Shown one piece after another: positions 55,577 through 64,000 of a stretch of 64,000 nt of DNA. The DNA is from Clostridium sp. (lineage in GTDB: Bacteria; Bacillota; Clostridia; Clostridiales; Clostridiaceae): positions 10,311 to 74,310 of the forward strand of contig JBOFQV010000276.1 in NCBI GenBank assembly GCA_051650705.1. Direction: 5' to 3'. The translations under genes and the position numbers were made by a program. The notes below the pieces were generated by a model, which was not told the origin of the DNA, searched no databases, and worked only from the letters and a program-made list of their open reading frames with translations. Numbering within the stretch: the first letter of the stretch is position 1; each line of letters begins with the position of its first letter.

Positions 55577-58030
55577 ATGGTTAGAAAGTCATTTTGCAAA
55601 AGATTAAAGACAATAGTTGCATTTTCAGCTATTACAACATTACTAATGACATCAGCAGTACCCATATCAGCAATAAGTACAAGCGATGAAAAGGATAATA
55701 TAACAACTCAAGAGGCAAAACAATATAGAAATGTAATGTATTATGGAGATTGGTCAATTTGGGGAGGGCAAAAGCAGTTCTATCCAAAGGATATACCAGC
55801 AGATCAGTTAACGCACTTAAATTTTTCATTTGTAGATTTTGATGAGAACGGAGAACTTCAATTTACAGATACAGATGCAGCTGTAAATCATTATTTAGGT
55901 AGTGATGAAATTCAATCAAATAGTGCAAATTCAGGTATACTAAATGCATTTAAAGTATTAAAACAAGAAAATCCAAACTTAAAAATTGGAGTATCTCTTG
56001 GAGGCTGGTCAAAATCAGGAGATTTTTCAGTAGTTGCAGCAGATAAAACTAAAAGAGCAAACTTTGTTAAGAATGTATTAGCATTTATAAGATATACTAA
56101 TATGGATTTTGTTGATATTGACTGGGAATATCCGGCGGCAGTGAGAGATCCAGATTTATGTGATAATTCAAGAGATGAGGGAACTAAATATAGTACAGAT
56201 GCAGATAAAGATAATTTTATTTTACTATTACAAGATTTTAGAGAAGCATTAGATAAACAGGGAGCTGAGCTAGGTAAAAAGTATGAGCTTACTGTAGCAT
56301 TACCTGCTCCAATTGAAAAAGTTAAAAAAGGAATTGATGTTAAAAAACTTTTTGAACAAGTTGACTTTGCTAACATAATGACATATGACATGAGAGGAGC
56401 ATGGGATCAATTAAGTGGTCACCAAGCGGGATTATATACAAATCCAAAGGATCCATTAAAGGGCAAAGGACTTTCAATTGATGAAAGTGTTAAGTATTAT
56501 ATAAGTCAAGGAGCACCATCTGATAAAATAGTAATAGGTGCAGCTTATTATACTAGAGGATGGGAAAAAGTAAAAAATGAAAATATTGATCCAAGTAATC
56601 CAGGATTATTTGGAACAGCAGAAGTTTGCACAAAAGATGCAGATGGAACACCAACAACAGGAGCAAATCCTGAAATTCCTATTAAGGATGGTGAAGGTGG
56701 ACGTATGACAGGAGTTTGGTCATACAATGCATTAGAAGATTTAAAGAAAAAATATACAGGACTTAAGGAATATTGGGATGATGTTGCAAAGGCACCATAT
56801 CTTTATAATGAACAAACAGGAGCATTTTTCACTTATGATAATGCAAGATCAATTCAAGAAAAGGCTAAGTATGTAAAAGATAATAACTTAGGTGGTATTA
56901 TTGCATGGATGGCATCTATGGACAAGAAGACAACGTCAACTAAGCGTGATGAACTTACAAAAGCAACTAAGAACGCTTTATATGGAACAGATGCATTACC
57001 AAAATATGAAGTTAAAACTGAAAAATATCCAGTTTCAGCTTCAGTGCAAATGAGTAAACCAACATTAAATCAAAAGTGTGGTGCATTTAAATTAACAGTA
57101 AAAAATGATGCTACACTAGTTGAGAAATCAGATGTATTAAAGGCTGTAGAAAGTAGTGCAAAAACAATCAAGAATGCTAAACTTTATATAGAGGCATCAG
57201 GTGTTAAAATAATTGGTGCTGAATATCCATTAAGTGATAGTGATATAAAATTAGAGAATGGATATTATGTTATTGATTTAGCTAATACATTCACTGATAA
57301 GATGATAAAACCAGGAGAAAGTAAATCATATAATATTTTAGTTGAAGGTGAACTTGAAGACTTAGATGGGATAATAAGTGTTGGTATGACTGAAAGAATG
57401 TATAAATCTTCTGTTGAATATGGAAGAAGAAATATTTATGGTAGGGCATCTGAAGAAGAAATAATTCAAAATGGAAATTATGTACCTACAATATCAGGCA
57501 TAGTAAACAAAAAGATATATGTTGGAGATAAATTTGATCCAATGGCAGGCATTATTGCTAATGATAAGGAAGATGGAAATTTAACAAATATCGTTAAAGT
57601 AACAGGTGTTGTAGATGTAAGAAAAGTTGGGAAATATGAATTAACTTATTCAGTATCAGATAGTAAGGGAGCAACAAGAACAGCAAAGGTAACGGTTAGT
57701 GTAATTCAAAAAACTATTCCTGCACCAGATGACTATGATCCTAAAAAGGTATATAATAAAGGGGATAGAGTTGTTTATAAAGGCATTAGATATGAATGTC
57801 TAGGTTATGCTGTTACAAACTTTGAACCAGGAACAAATGAAAGTGTATGGAAAACAATAGAAAAAGCAGTTATTATAGTTGAACCATCAGATGTAATAGA
57901 TTTAGCTATGGTAGCATCAAGATATAATAGTAAAAGTACAAGTGGAGTTTGGGATGAAAAGTGCGATAAAAATGGGGATGGAATAATTGATCTTTATGAT
58001 CTTGTTATTGTTGCAAAGGGAATGAAATAA
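55577..58030 (+). CDS. Secreted GH18 chitinase with Ig-like, CBM5/12-like and dockerin-like modules
   Basis: Signal peptide, SLGGW, DFVDIDWEYP, MTYD; DKEDGNLT Ig-like repeat; YNKGDRVVYKG CBM; DKNGDGIIDLYD. Confidence 0.92.
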   Translation: MVRKSFCKRLKTIVAFSAITTLLMTSAVPISAISTSDEKDNITTQEAKQYRNVMYYGDWSIWGGQKQFYPKDIPADQLTHLNFSFVDFDENGELQFTDTDAAVNHYLGSDEIQSNSANSGILNAFKVLKQENPNLKIGVSLGGWSKSGDFSVVAADKTKRANFVKNVLAFIRYTNMDFVDIDWEYPAAVRDPDLCDNSRDEGTKYSTDADKDNFILLLQDFREALDKQGAELGKKYELTVALPAPIEKVKKGIDVKKLFEQVDFANIMTYDMRGAWDQLSGHQAGLYTNPKDPLKGKGLSIDESVKYYISQGAPSDKIVIGAAYYTRGWEKVKNENIDPSNPGLFGTAEVCTKDADGTPTTGANPEIPIKDGEGGRMTGVWSYNALEDLKKKYTGLKEYWDDVAKAPYLYNEQTGAFFTYDNARSIQEKAKYVKDNNLGGIIAWMASMDKKTTSTKRDELTKATKNALYGTDALPKYEVKTEKYPVSASVQMSKPTLNQKCGAFKLTVKNDATLVEKSDVLKAVESSAKTIKNAKLYIEASGVKIIGAEYPLSDSDIKLENGYYVIDLANTFTDKMIKPGESKSYNILVEGELEDLDGIISVGMTERMYKSSVEYGRRNIYGRASEEEIIQNGNYVPTISGIVNKKIYVGDKFDPMAGIIANDKEDGNLTNIVKVTGVVDVRKVGKYELTYSVSDSKGATRTAKVTVSVIQKTIPAPDDYDPKKVYNKGDRVVYKGIRYECLGYAVTNFEPGTNESVWKTIEKAVIIVEPSDVIDLAMVASRYNSKSTSGVWDEKCDKNGDGIIDLYDLVIVAKGMK

Positions 58031-58039
58031 TAATAATAT

Positions 58040-58070
58040 AAAAGTACATGTAGAAATGCATGTACTTTTT
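58040..58070 (+). terminator. Terminator after chitinase
   Basis: AAAAGTACATGTA/TGCATGTACTTTT. Confidence 0.8.
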
Positions 58071-58119
58071 ACATTTGATTAAAATTTTTAATATACATAG
58101 GATAAAATAAGGAGAAAAT

Positions 58120-58614
58120 ATGGGAAAGGATATAATTACTACTATACCAGTAGAGAGATTTGACTTTGAAGAATTTTTAACTGAAATAAGAAGAAATTTA
58201 AGTAGAGAGCTAAATGGTGATTTCATTCCTAAATATATGGAAGAAATAAGTGAGGGAGAATACATTGATATTCCAAATCCGGATTATGAGGGTTTACCAC
58301 CAAATATTATATATAAAGATATATCTAAAAATAATAGAATTTTATATGTATCATTTATATACAATTGTCAAACTTATGGAACAGGAGGATTTCTTTGTGG
58401 AGATGGTCAAGAATTAGATCCCAATATAATATACTATGGAGAAGTTATTCATGATGATTGTGGATTTATAGTTCAGTCTAAAAATGGAGAATTAATTTTT
58501 AAAAAAGGAAATTTTGGTGGGCGTATAGAAGAGGATCATTCTGCATCATTAGTAAATAATGTGGGAGATTTTCAATACATAATGGAAGAATTTTTAGAGA
58601 AATTTACATATTAA
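58120..58614 (+). CDS. Hypothetical acidic protein (164 aa)
   Basis: AAGGAG RBS, intact ORF. Confidence 0.75.
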   Translation: MGKDIITTIPVERFDFEEFLTEIRRNLSRELNGDFIPKYMEEISEGEYIDIPNPDYEGLPPNIIYKDISKNNRILYVSFIYNCQTYGTGGFLCGDGQELDPNIIYYGEVIHDDCGFIVQSKNGELIFKKGNFGGRIEEDHSASLVNNVGDFQYIMEEFLEKFTY

Positions 58615-58693
58615 TGGAATAAAAAAGTACATACATGTCCATAATCAAAATATTAATTATATTTTGGGAGGACAAAATAATGGAAAAATTATA

Positions 58694-58987
58694 ATGGCTT
58701 TAATTTTAGTTTTATGGATTACTTTTTTTGCAGCACTGATTTTAACTCATACAAAAAAGAAAAGGAAACTTTTAAATTTAGTACCAAAGAAAAATAAAAA
58801 GAAGAACTATATAATAGTTGATTCTAAATCTTTAATAGAAGAAAACGATGATGATATAAAGATATTTAGTAATCTAACTTCAATTAATGATAAGAAAGAA
58901 GATGTTGTTAGAAGTGCACAAAGTAAAAATAAAGTGAAAAAAGTTAAAAAGAACAAAAAGATACAAGGGAATAATTATAATATTTAA
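58694..58987 (+). CDS. Small membrane-anchored Lys-rich hypothetical protein (start uncertain)
   Basis: N-terminal TM then KKKRK; RBS-matched ATG at 58680 is out of frame. Confidence 0.6.
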   Translation: MALILVLWITFFAALILTHTKKKRKLLNLVPKKNKKKNYIIVDSKSLIEENDDDIKIFSNLTSINDKKEDVVRSAQSKNKVKKVKKNKKIQGNNYNI

Positions 58988-58994
58988 AAATTTT

Positions 58995-59037
58995 AAGAAG
59001 TTGTAATCTAATTATAGTATTAGATACAACTTCTTTT
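58995..59037 (+). terminator. Terminator before phnX
   Basis: AAGAAGTTGT..ATCTAAT/ATTAGAT.ACAACTTCTT. Confidence 0.75.
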
Positions 59038-59052
59038 ATTTATAAAGTATTT

Positions 59053-59114
59053 TTAATACTATTTTAACCAGTATTTACCTGTTGTTAATAAGGCATTAAC
59101 TTTAAATCTATAAT
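59053..59114 (+). promoter_or_regulatory. Pho-box array and -10 of phnX
   Basis: TTAATA, TTAACC, TTTACC, TTAATA, TTAACT at 59053/64/74/85/96 (10-11 bp period), TATAAT at 59109. Confidence 0.65.
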
Positions 59115-59173
59115 ATTAAACTTGAAAGAACAACAAGAAAATCTATGAAAAGTTTAGAAAAGGAGAGCTGTAA

Positions 59174-59998
59174 ATGAAAAATATAAAGGGTGTAATTAGT
59201 GATTGGGCGGGAACATTAGTGGATTATGGATGCATTGCCCCATTAGAGACTATAATAGATGTTTTTAAACAAAAAGGAATAATTATTTCAAGAGAGATAG
59301 CTAAAGAACCTATGGGATTAGGGAAAAGGGATCATATAGAAGTTTTATTAAATAGTGAGAGTGTGAAAAAACAGTGGGAACGTAAATATGGAAGACCTCC
59401 AAATGATAATGACTTAAATGATTTATATAATAAATTTATACCGCATCTATTAAATATTTTAGAGAGATATTCTTTGCCAATTGATGGGGTAGAGGAACTT
59501 TTAGAATACTTAAGAAGTGAAGGAATTAAAATTGGAACTACTTCAGGGTATACAAGAGAAATGATGGAGTGTGTTTTTAAGTGTAGTCCAGATGTATTGC
59601 GGTTAGTTGATAATGTAGTTACTTCAGATGAGGTTGAAATTTCAAGACCGGCTCCTTTGATGATATATAAAAATCAGCTACAGCTTAATATGTATCCGTC
59701 GTGGAAAATAGTAAAGTTTGGTGATACTATAGCTGATATTGATGAGGGAAGAAATGCTGGGGTTTGGACTATTGGAATTATTAAAGGTGGAAGTCTTTTA
59801 GGGTTATCTAAAAGAGAAATCTCTACAATGAATAGGAAGCAAATTAGGGATTCTGTTGAGGATGTCAAAGAAAAATTCATTAATGCAGGAGCAGATTTTG
59901 TAGCTAATTCTGTTTTAGATATAAAGGATATATTAAAAATTATTGATGAGAAAATTCAAAATGGTGAAAAACCAAACATTTTAAAAGAAATAAATTAG
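59174..59998 (+). CDS. phnX: Phosphonoacetaldehyde hydrolase (phosphonatase)
   Basis: DWAGT.VDYG, MGLGKRDH (Schiff-base Lys), RPAP, GDT..DI.EG.NAG. Confidence 0.92.
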   Translation: MKNIKGVISDWAGTLVDYGCIAPLETIIDVFKQKGIIISREIAKEPMGLGKRDHIEVLLNSESVKKQWERKYGRPPNDNDLNDLYNKFIPHLLNILERYSLPIDGVEELLEYLRSEGIKIGTTSGYTREMMECVFKCSPDVLRLVDNVVTSDEVEISRPAPLMIYKNQLQLNMYPSWKIVKFGDTIADIDEGRNAGVWTIGIIKGGSLLGLSKREISTMNRKQIRDSVEDVKEKFINAGADFVANSVLDIKDILKIIDEKIQNGEKPNILKEIN

Positions 59999-60030
59999 TT
60001 AAAATCATTTATATACACACCTATAAAATA

Positions 60031-60062
60031 TTAACGGTTAAGTTTTGTGACTTAACCGTTAA
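60031..60062. terminator. Bidirectional hairpin phnX/peptidase
   Basis: TTAACGGTTAAGT/ACTTAACCGTTAA. Confidence 0.75.
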
Positions 60063-60066
60063 AGTT

Positions 60067-61428
60067 TTATTCTTTATAATTCTTTGATAATTTTTTTCCT
60101 CTTAAAATAGCTCCATAACAAATTAAAACTAATGAGACTAAAAATGAAAATACAAGCATTTTATAATTGTAAAATATAAAAATTGGAGTATTATAAGCAG
60201 AATTTATCACCTTTGCATTAACAACATCAAATACCTCTGAAATTGCAGTAGAGGAAATGCTTTCTACTGAATCTTTTGGTGTGTGAATTTTTGATATATC
60301 ACTATGAGAAATAGTTAATGAGTCAATTCCAAGATAGTTAAAACTAGCATGATCTGATGAATCCTCATATTTTACCTCATCTTTTATATTTTTAGTATCA
60401 CAAACATTTTGAAGAGAGTTAAGCAATTCTGAATCCCTTCCTTTCATTGATGAACCTAACATAAAAGTTATTGGGAAATTAGTTACTCCAACCATATCAA
60501 AATTTATTACTTGAGAATTAATTATTTTATCTTTGTGACTTTCAGCAAAGCTTTTTGAGCCTAAAAGTCCAAACTCTTCTGCATTCAATGCTACAAAATA
60601 TACATCTCTTTCAGGTTTAGGAAGTGTAGAAAAAGTCCTTGCTAGCTCTAATAAAAAGGATGTGCCAGAAGCATTATCTAGTGCACCACCATAGCAATTT
60701 CCCATAGCATCTAAACCAAGATGATCAAAATGTGCTGTTAAAATTAGTGGTGGAAGTGAGGAATCCTTTCCTTCAATCTTACCTGCTACATTAAATACTT
60801 CTTGAGTTTTTACACTAAAGGGTAAATTAACTTCTAAGGTATGTCCTGTTCTAAGAGCATTTAGTATATCATTATAGGTTTCAGTTGTAATTCCTATTGC
60901 AAAGCCATATGGAGAAGAATTTACAAATGAACTTCTAAACGAAAAACTTGGATCTTTTGAAACATAAAAGATATAAGTGCTTAAATTTTTATCTATGGTT
61001 ATTGAGTTGGTATTAATACTTAAGTTATCATCATTAGAAAATTTTATAGATGATTCTTTAAAGTTTAGTAAGTCTTCTTTATAATCAACACCATAATTAA
61101 AATTCTTAACTGTTTCATCTTTATATGTAAGCTTTAACTCAGGAGTTGTATGATTTTTATAAGGGGCTTCTACTTGAAAGCCTTCAAGAAAATCTTCTCC
61201 AAGTGGTTTTAAATTATATTTGTCAAATTCAGATTTTATAATATTTGCAACTTGATAATTTTCTTCAGTTCCTGTAAGTCTACCTGCATATTTAGGTGAT
61301 GATAGTTTTTCAATATTGCTTTTTACATTAGATGAATTAAAAGTATAGTGTGTGCCTTTTAATAAAATGCATGTTAAAAGGCATACTAGAGAAATGCATG
61401 TTAAAGTATAGTAAAGTATTTTTTTCAT
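60067..61428 (-). CDS. M28-family membrane-anchored aminopeptidase
   Basis: AHFDH, GALDNASG, AEEFGLLGS, NFDM, SDH, HT..D; N- and C-terminal TMs. Confidence 0.88.
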   Translation of the reverse strand: MKKILYYTLTCISLVCLLTCILLKGTHYTFNSSNVKSNIEKLSSPKYAGRLTGTEENYQVANIIKSEFDKYNLKPLGEDFLEGFQVEAPYKNHTTPELKLTYKDETVKNFNYGVDYKEDLLNFKESSIKFSNDDNLSINTNSITIDKNLSTYIFYVSKDPSFSFRSSFVNSSPYGFAIGITTETYNDILNALRTGHTLEVNLPFSVKTQEVFNVAGKIEGKDSSLPPLILTAHFDHLGLDAMGNCYGGALDNASGTSFLLELARTFSTLPKPERDVYFVALNAEEFGLLGSKSFAESHKDKIINSQVINFDMVGVTNFPITFMLGSSMKGRDSELLNSLQNVCDTKNIKDEVKYEDSSDHASFNYLGIDSLTISHSDISKIHTPKDSVESISSTAISEVFDVVNAKVINSAYNTPIFIFYNYKMLVFSFLVSLVLICYGAILRGKKLSKNYKE

Positions 61429-61516
61429 AAAACTTCTCCTAAAATTAGTATACATATAATATTATTAAGAAAAGTTATGAGATATGACAGTATGAATATT
61501 AAGAGAACTTTAAACC

Positions 61517-61852
61517 TTAGGCATGCTTTTTATATAGCATGTCACTTAGGGAATAAAGAAAGCTTGTACCCAAACAAATTAATATAAAAACATTAATTTT
61601 AGGTTGCATAATAAAAATAACTCCTCCAGCTATTGTGGAAAGAAAAATAATATAGTTTATAAACTTATTAATTTTTGAAGAGCTTGTTAAAATAACTGAA
61701 AAAGAAGATATTACAATACATATTAATGTTAAGAATATAAAAATATCTCTTGATGTATTAGAGAATTCAAGAATTTTAAATTGATCCATAATTAATATAG
61801 AAATTAAAAGTATTAAGCATAAAGAAACAAATTTTTTCAGAAACTTTTTCAT
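61517..61852 (-). CDS. Small 4-TM hypothetical membrane protein
   Basis: AGGAGG RBS; hydrophobic; promoter TTGATA-16-TATAAT upstream. Confidence 0.75.
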   Translation of the reverse strand: MKKFLKKFVSLCLILLISILIMDQFKILEFSNTSRDIFIFLTLICIVISSFSVILTSSSKINKFINYIIFLSTIAGGVIFIMQPKINVFILICLGTSFLYSLSDMLYKKHA

Positions 61853-62046
61853 AAAACCCTCCTGTGGAAATTATTTACAATTATATTATACCAAAGGCTA
61901 ACATAATATCAATAGAGTAATATGAAAAAAGTACAAGTGGTGACTGGCACTTCTCTGGCAAGTCCCATTCAGTACTTGGATACTTGTAAAATTATTTAAT
62001 AAGGGTATAATAAAGTAAGAATATTATGTAAAATATGGAGGGTAAT

Positions 62047-64000
62047 ATGCAAGGGATAGAGCAAAGATTGGCAGAGGAATTAGGGTTAAAGCTAAGTGTT
62101 GTAGAAAATGTTATAGCTTTATTAGATGAGGGGAATACAGTTCCATTTATATCAAGATATAGAAAGGAACAAACTGGAGGATTATCTGATGAGGTTTTAA
62201 GAAAGTTTTATGAGAGATTAACTTATCTTAGAAACTTAAATGAAAGAAAAGATGATGTTAAGAGATTAATAGATGAGCAAGGAAAGCTTACAGAGGAAAT
62301 AGTAACAGCTTTAGTTAATGCAAAAACATTAACAGAGGTTGAAGATATATATAGACCATATAAGCAAAAGAAGAGAACCAGAGCTACAATAGCTTTAGAA
62401 AAGGGATTAAAGCCTTTAGCAGAAATTATTTTATCACCAGATTTTAAGGGTAATTTAAATGAAGAAAGCAATAAGTTTATTGATGAAGAAAAAGGTGTAA
62501 AGTCTGCAGAGGAAGCAATTGCAGGGGCATTAGATATTATTGCAGAGCAAATTTCAGATGAAGCTAAGTATAGAAAGTTTATAAGAGAGCTTGTATTTAG
62601 AGAAGGATTTATTGAAACTAAGGGATCATCTGAAGAGAGTACCCCATATGAAATGTATTATGATTATAAAGAAGAAGTAAATAAAATTCCTCCACATAGA
62701 ATATTAGCAATTAATAGAGGGGAAAAGGAAAAAATATTAAGTGTAAAAATAACTTCTAATGAAGGTAAGATAATTTCTTATTTAGAAAACAATGTGATTA
62801 ATGGAGGAGCTTGCATTGAAGAATTAAAGCTTGCTATTAAGGATTCTTTAAAGAGACTAATATACCCTTCAATTGAAAGAGAAATTAGAAGTGAGCTTAC
62901 AGACAAAGGGGAAGAGGGAGCAATAAGAATATTTAATGAAAATCTTAAGGCGCTACTTATGCAACCACCAATTAAGGGCAAGGTAGTTATGGGATTTGAC
63001 CCTGGATTTAGAACAGGATGTAAGGTTGCTATATTAGATAGTACTGGAAAGTTCTTAGAAAATATAACAGTATATCCCACATTACCTAAAAATGATGTTT
63101 CTGGGACTAAGGCAAAGTTAAAAGAACTTATTAAAAAGCACGATGTTGATGTAATATCTCTTGGAAATGGAACAGCATCAAGAGAGTCAGAAGAAGTAAT
63201 TTCAGAAATGATTACTGAAATTAAAAGAGAAACAGGAAAAGAGTTAGCATATGTTATAGTTTCAGAGGCAGGAGCATCTGTTTATTCAGCATCAGAGCTT
63301 GCAACTAAGGAATATCCAGATTTAGATGTTACTGTTAGAGGAGCAATTTCAATAGGTAGAAGGTTACAAGACCCTATGGCAGAGCTTGTAAAAATTGATC
63401 CTAAGGCAATTGGTGTTGGTCAATATCAACATGATGTTACTCCAAAAAGGTTAGAGGAAAGCTTAAAAGGAGTAGTTGAGGATTCTGTTAATAAGGTTGG
63501 AGTTGATTTAAATACAGCAACACCATCACTATTAACTTATATATCAGGAATTAATGCTTCAATAGCCCAAAATATTGTTTTGTATAGAGAAGAAAATGGA
63601 GTATTTAAGAGTAGAAAAGAGCTATTAAAAGTTAAAAGATTAGGTCAAAAGGCATATGAACAATGTGCTGGATTCTTAAGAGTTATGGAAAGTAAAGAGC
63701 CTTTAGATAATACTTCTGTTCATCCAGAGTCATATGAGGTTGCTAGAAAGCTTATTGAACTTTTAGGATATGGAAAGGACGCTCTAAAAAATAGGGAGAT
63801 TTCAGATATTGAAGATAAGGTTAATGAAAAAGGTTTAGGTAATATTGCTAAGGAATTAGAGGTTGGAGAGCTTACTCTTAAGGATATTATAAAGGAATTA
63901 CAAAAGCCAGGAAGAGACCCTAGAGATGAAATGCCAAAGCCAATTTTAAAAACAGGAGTAATTGATCTTAAGGATTTAACTCCAGATATGGTTCTTTTAG
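62047..64000 (+). CDS. tex: Tex family transcription accessory protein (runs off window end)
   Basis: MQGIEQ...LLDEGNTVPFISRYRKEQTG, DPGFRTGCK, EAGASVYSAS, GVGQYQHD, KPGRDPR; GGAGG RBS. Confidence 0.95.
   Translation, partial: MQGIEQRLAEELGLKLSVVENVIALLDEGNTVPFISRYRKEQTGGLSDEVLRKFYERLTYLRNLNERKDDVKRLIDEQGKLTEEIVTALVNAKTLTEVEDIYRPYKQKKRTRATIALEKGLKPLAEIILSPDFKGNLNEESNKFIDEEKGVKSAEEAIAGALDIIAEQISDEAKYRKFIRELVFREGFIETKGSSEESTPYEMYYDYKEEVNKIPPHRILAINRGEKEKILSVKITSNEGKIISYLENNVINGGACIEELKLAIKDSLKRLIYPSIEREIRSELTDKGEEGAIRIFNENLKALLMQPPIKGKVVMGFDPGFRTGCKVAILDSTGKFLENITVYPTLPKNDVSGTKAKLKELIKKHDVDVISLGNGTASRESEEVISEMITEIKRETGKELAYVIVSEAGASVYSASELATKEYPDLDVTVRGAISIGRRLQDPMAELVKIDPKAIGVGQYQHDVTPKRLEESLKGVVEDSVNKVGVDLNTATPSLLTYISGINASIAQNIVLYREENGVFKSRKELLKVKRLGQKAYEQCAGFLRVMESKEPLDNTSVHPESYEVARKLIELLGYGKDALKNREISDIEDKVNEKGLGNIAKELEVGELTLKDIIKELQKPGRDPRDEMPKPILKTGVIDLKDLTPDMVLL

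Noticed and set aside
61939-61950. GTGACTGGC as a ZTP riboswitch
   Set aside because: Lacks the GGGGAGC strand and the CGCCUGGGC 3' hairpin; downstream genes unrelated

Overview
Low-GC (roughly 30%) core-chromosome segment of a spore-forming Clostridium sensu stricto-type firmicute, almost all genes on the + strand. Content in order: spore-coat and sporulation genes (GT4, cotS, yabG, veg, sipL-like), cyanophycin cphBA, ispE-spoIIR, pyrG, rho, rpmE, tdk, a DUF1385-PrmC fusion, prfA-sua5-ywlE-rpiB-upp, wecB, thlA, the F1Fo ATP synthase operon, murA-spoIID-spoIIQ-spoIIID-mbl, a tandem Tyr-Val-Thr tRNA array (one Thr copy degenerate), SAM-I riboswitch plus metK, nagA, recD2-comFA-like-comFC, a raiA-motif ncRNA, hpf, transaldolase, secA and frameshifted prfB. 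A small accessory block follows (GH18 chitinase, hypotheticals, orphan phnX, M28 peptidase), then a truncated tex. I see no mobile elements or CRISPR arrays. The best signals are non-coding: the raiA-motif RNA of unknown function; a perfect-consensus antisense sigmaA promoter in the pyrG leader whose transcript would begin ACCCC (possible CTP sensor); an unannotated ~90-nt CU-rich sRNA between veg and sipL; an anti-SD hairpin that would lock spoIIR translation on ispE read-through RNA; and a GC-rich three-way-junction element before tex. All calls were made by eye, with no database searches.
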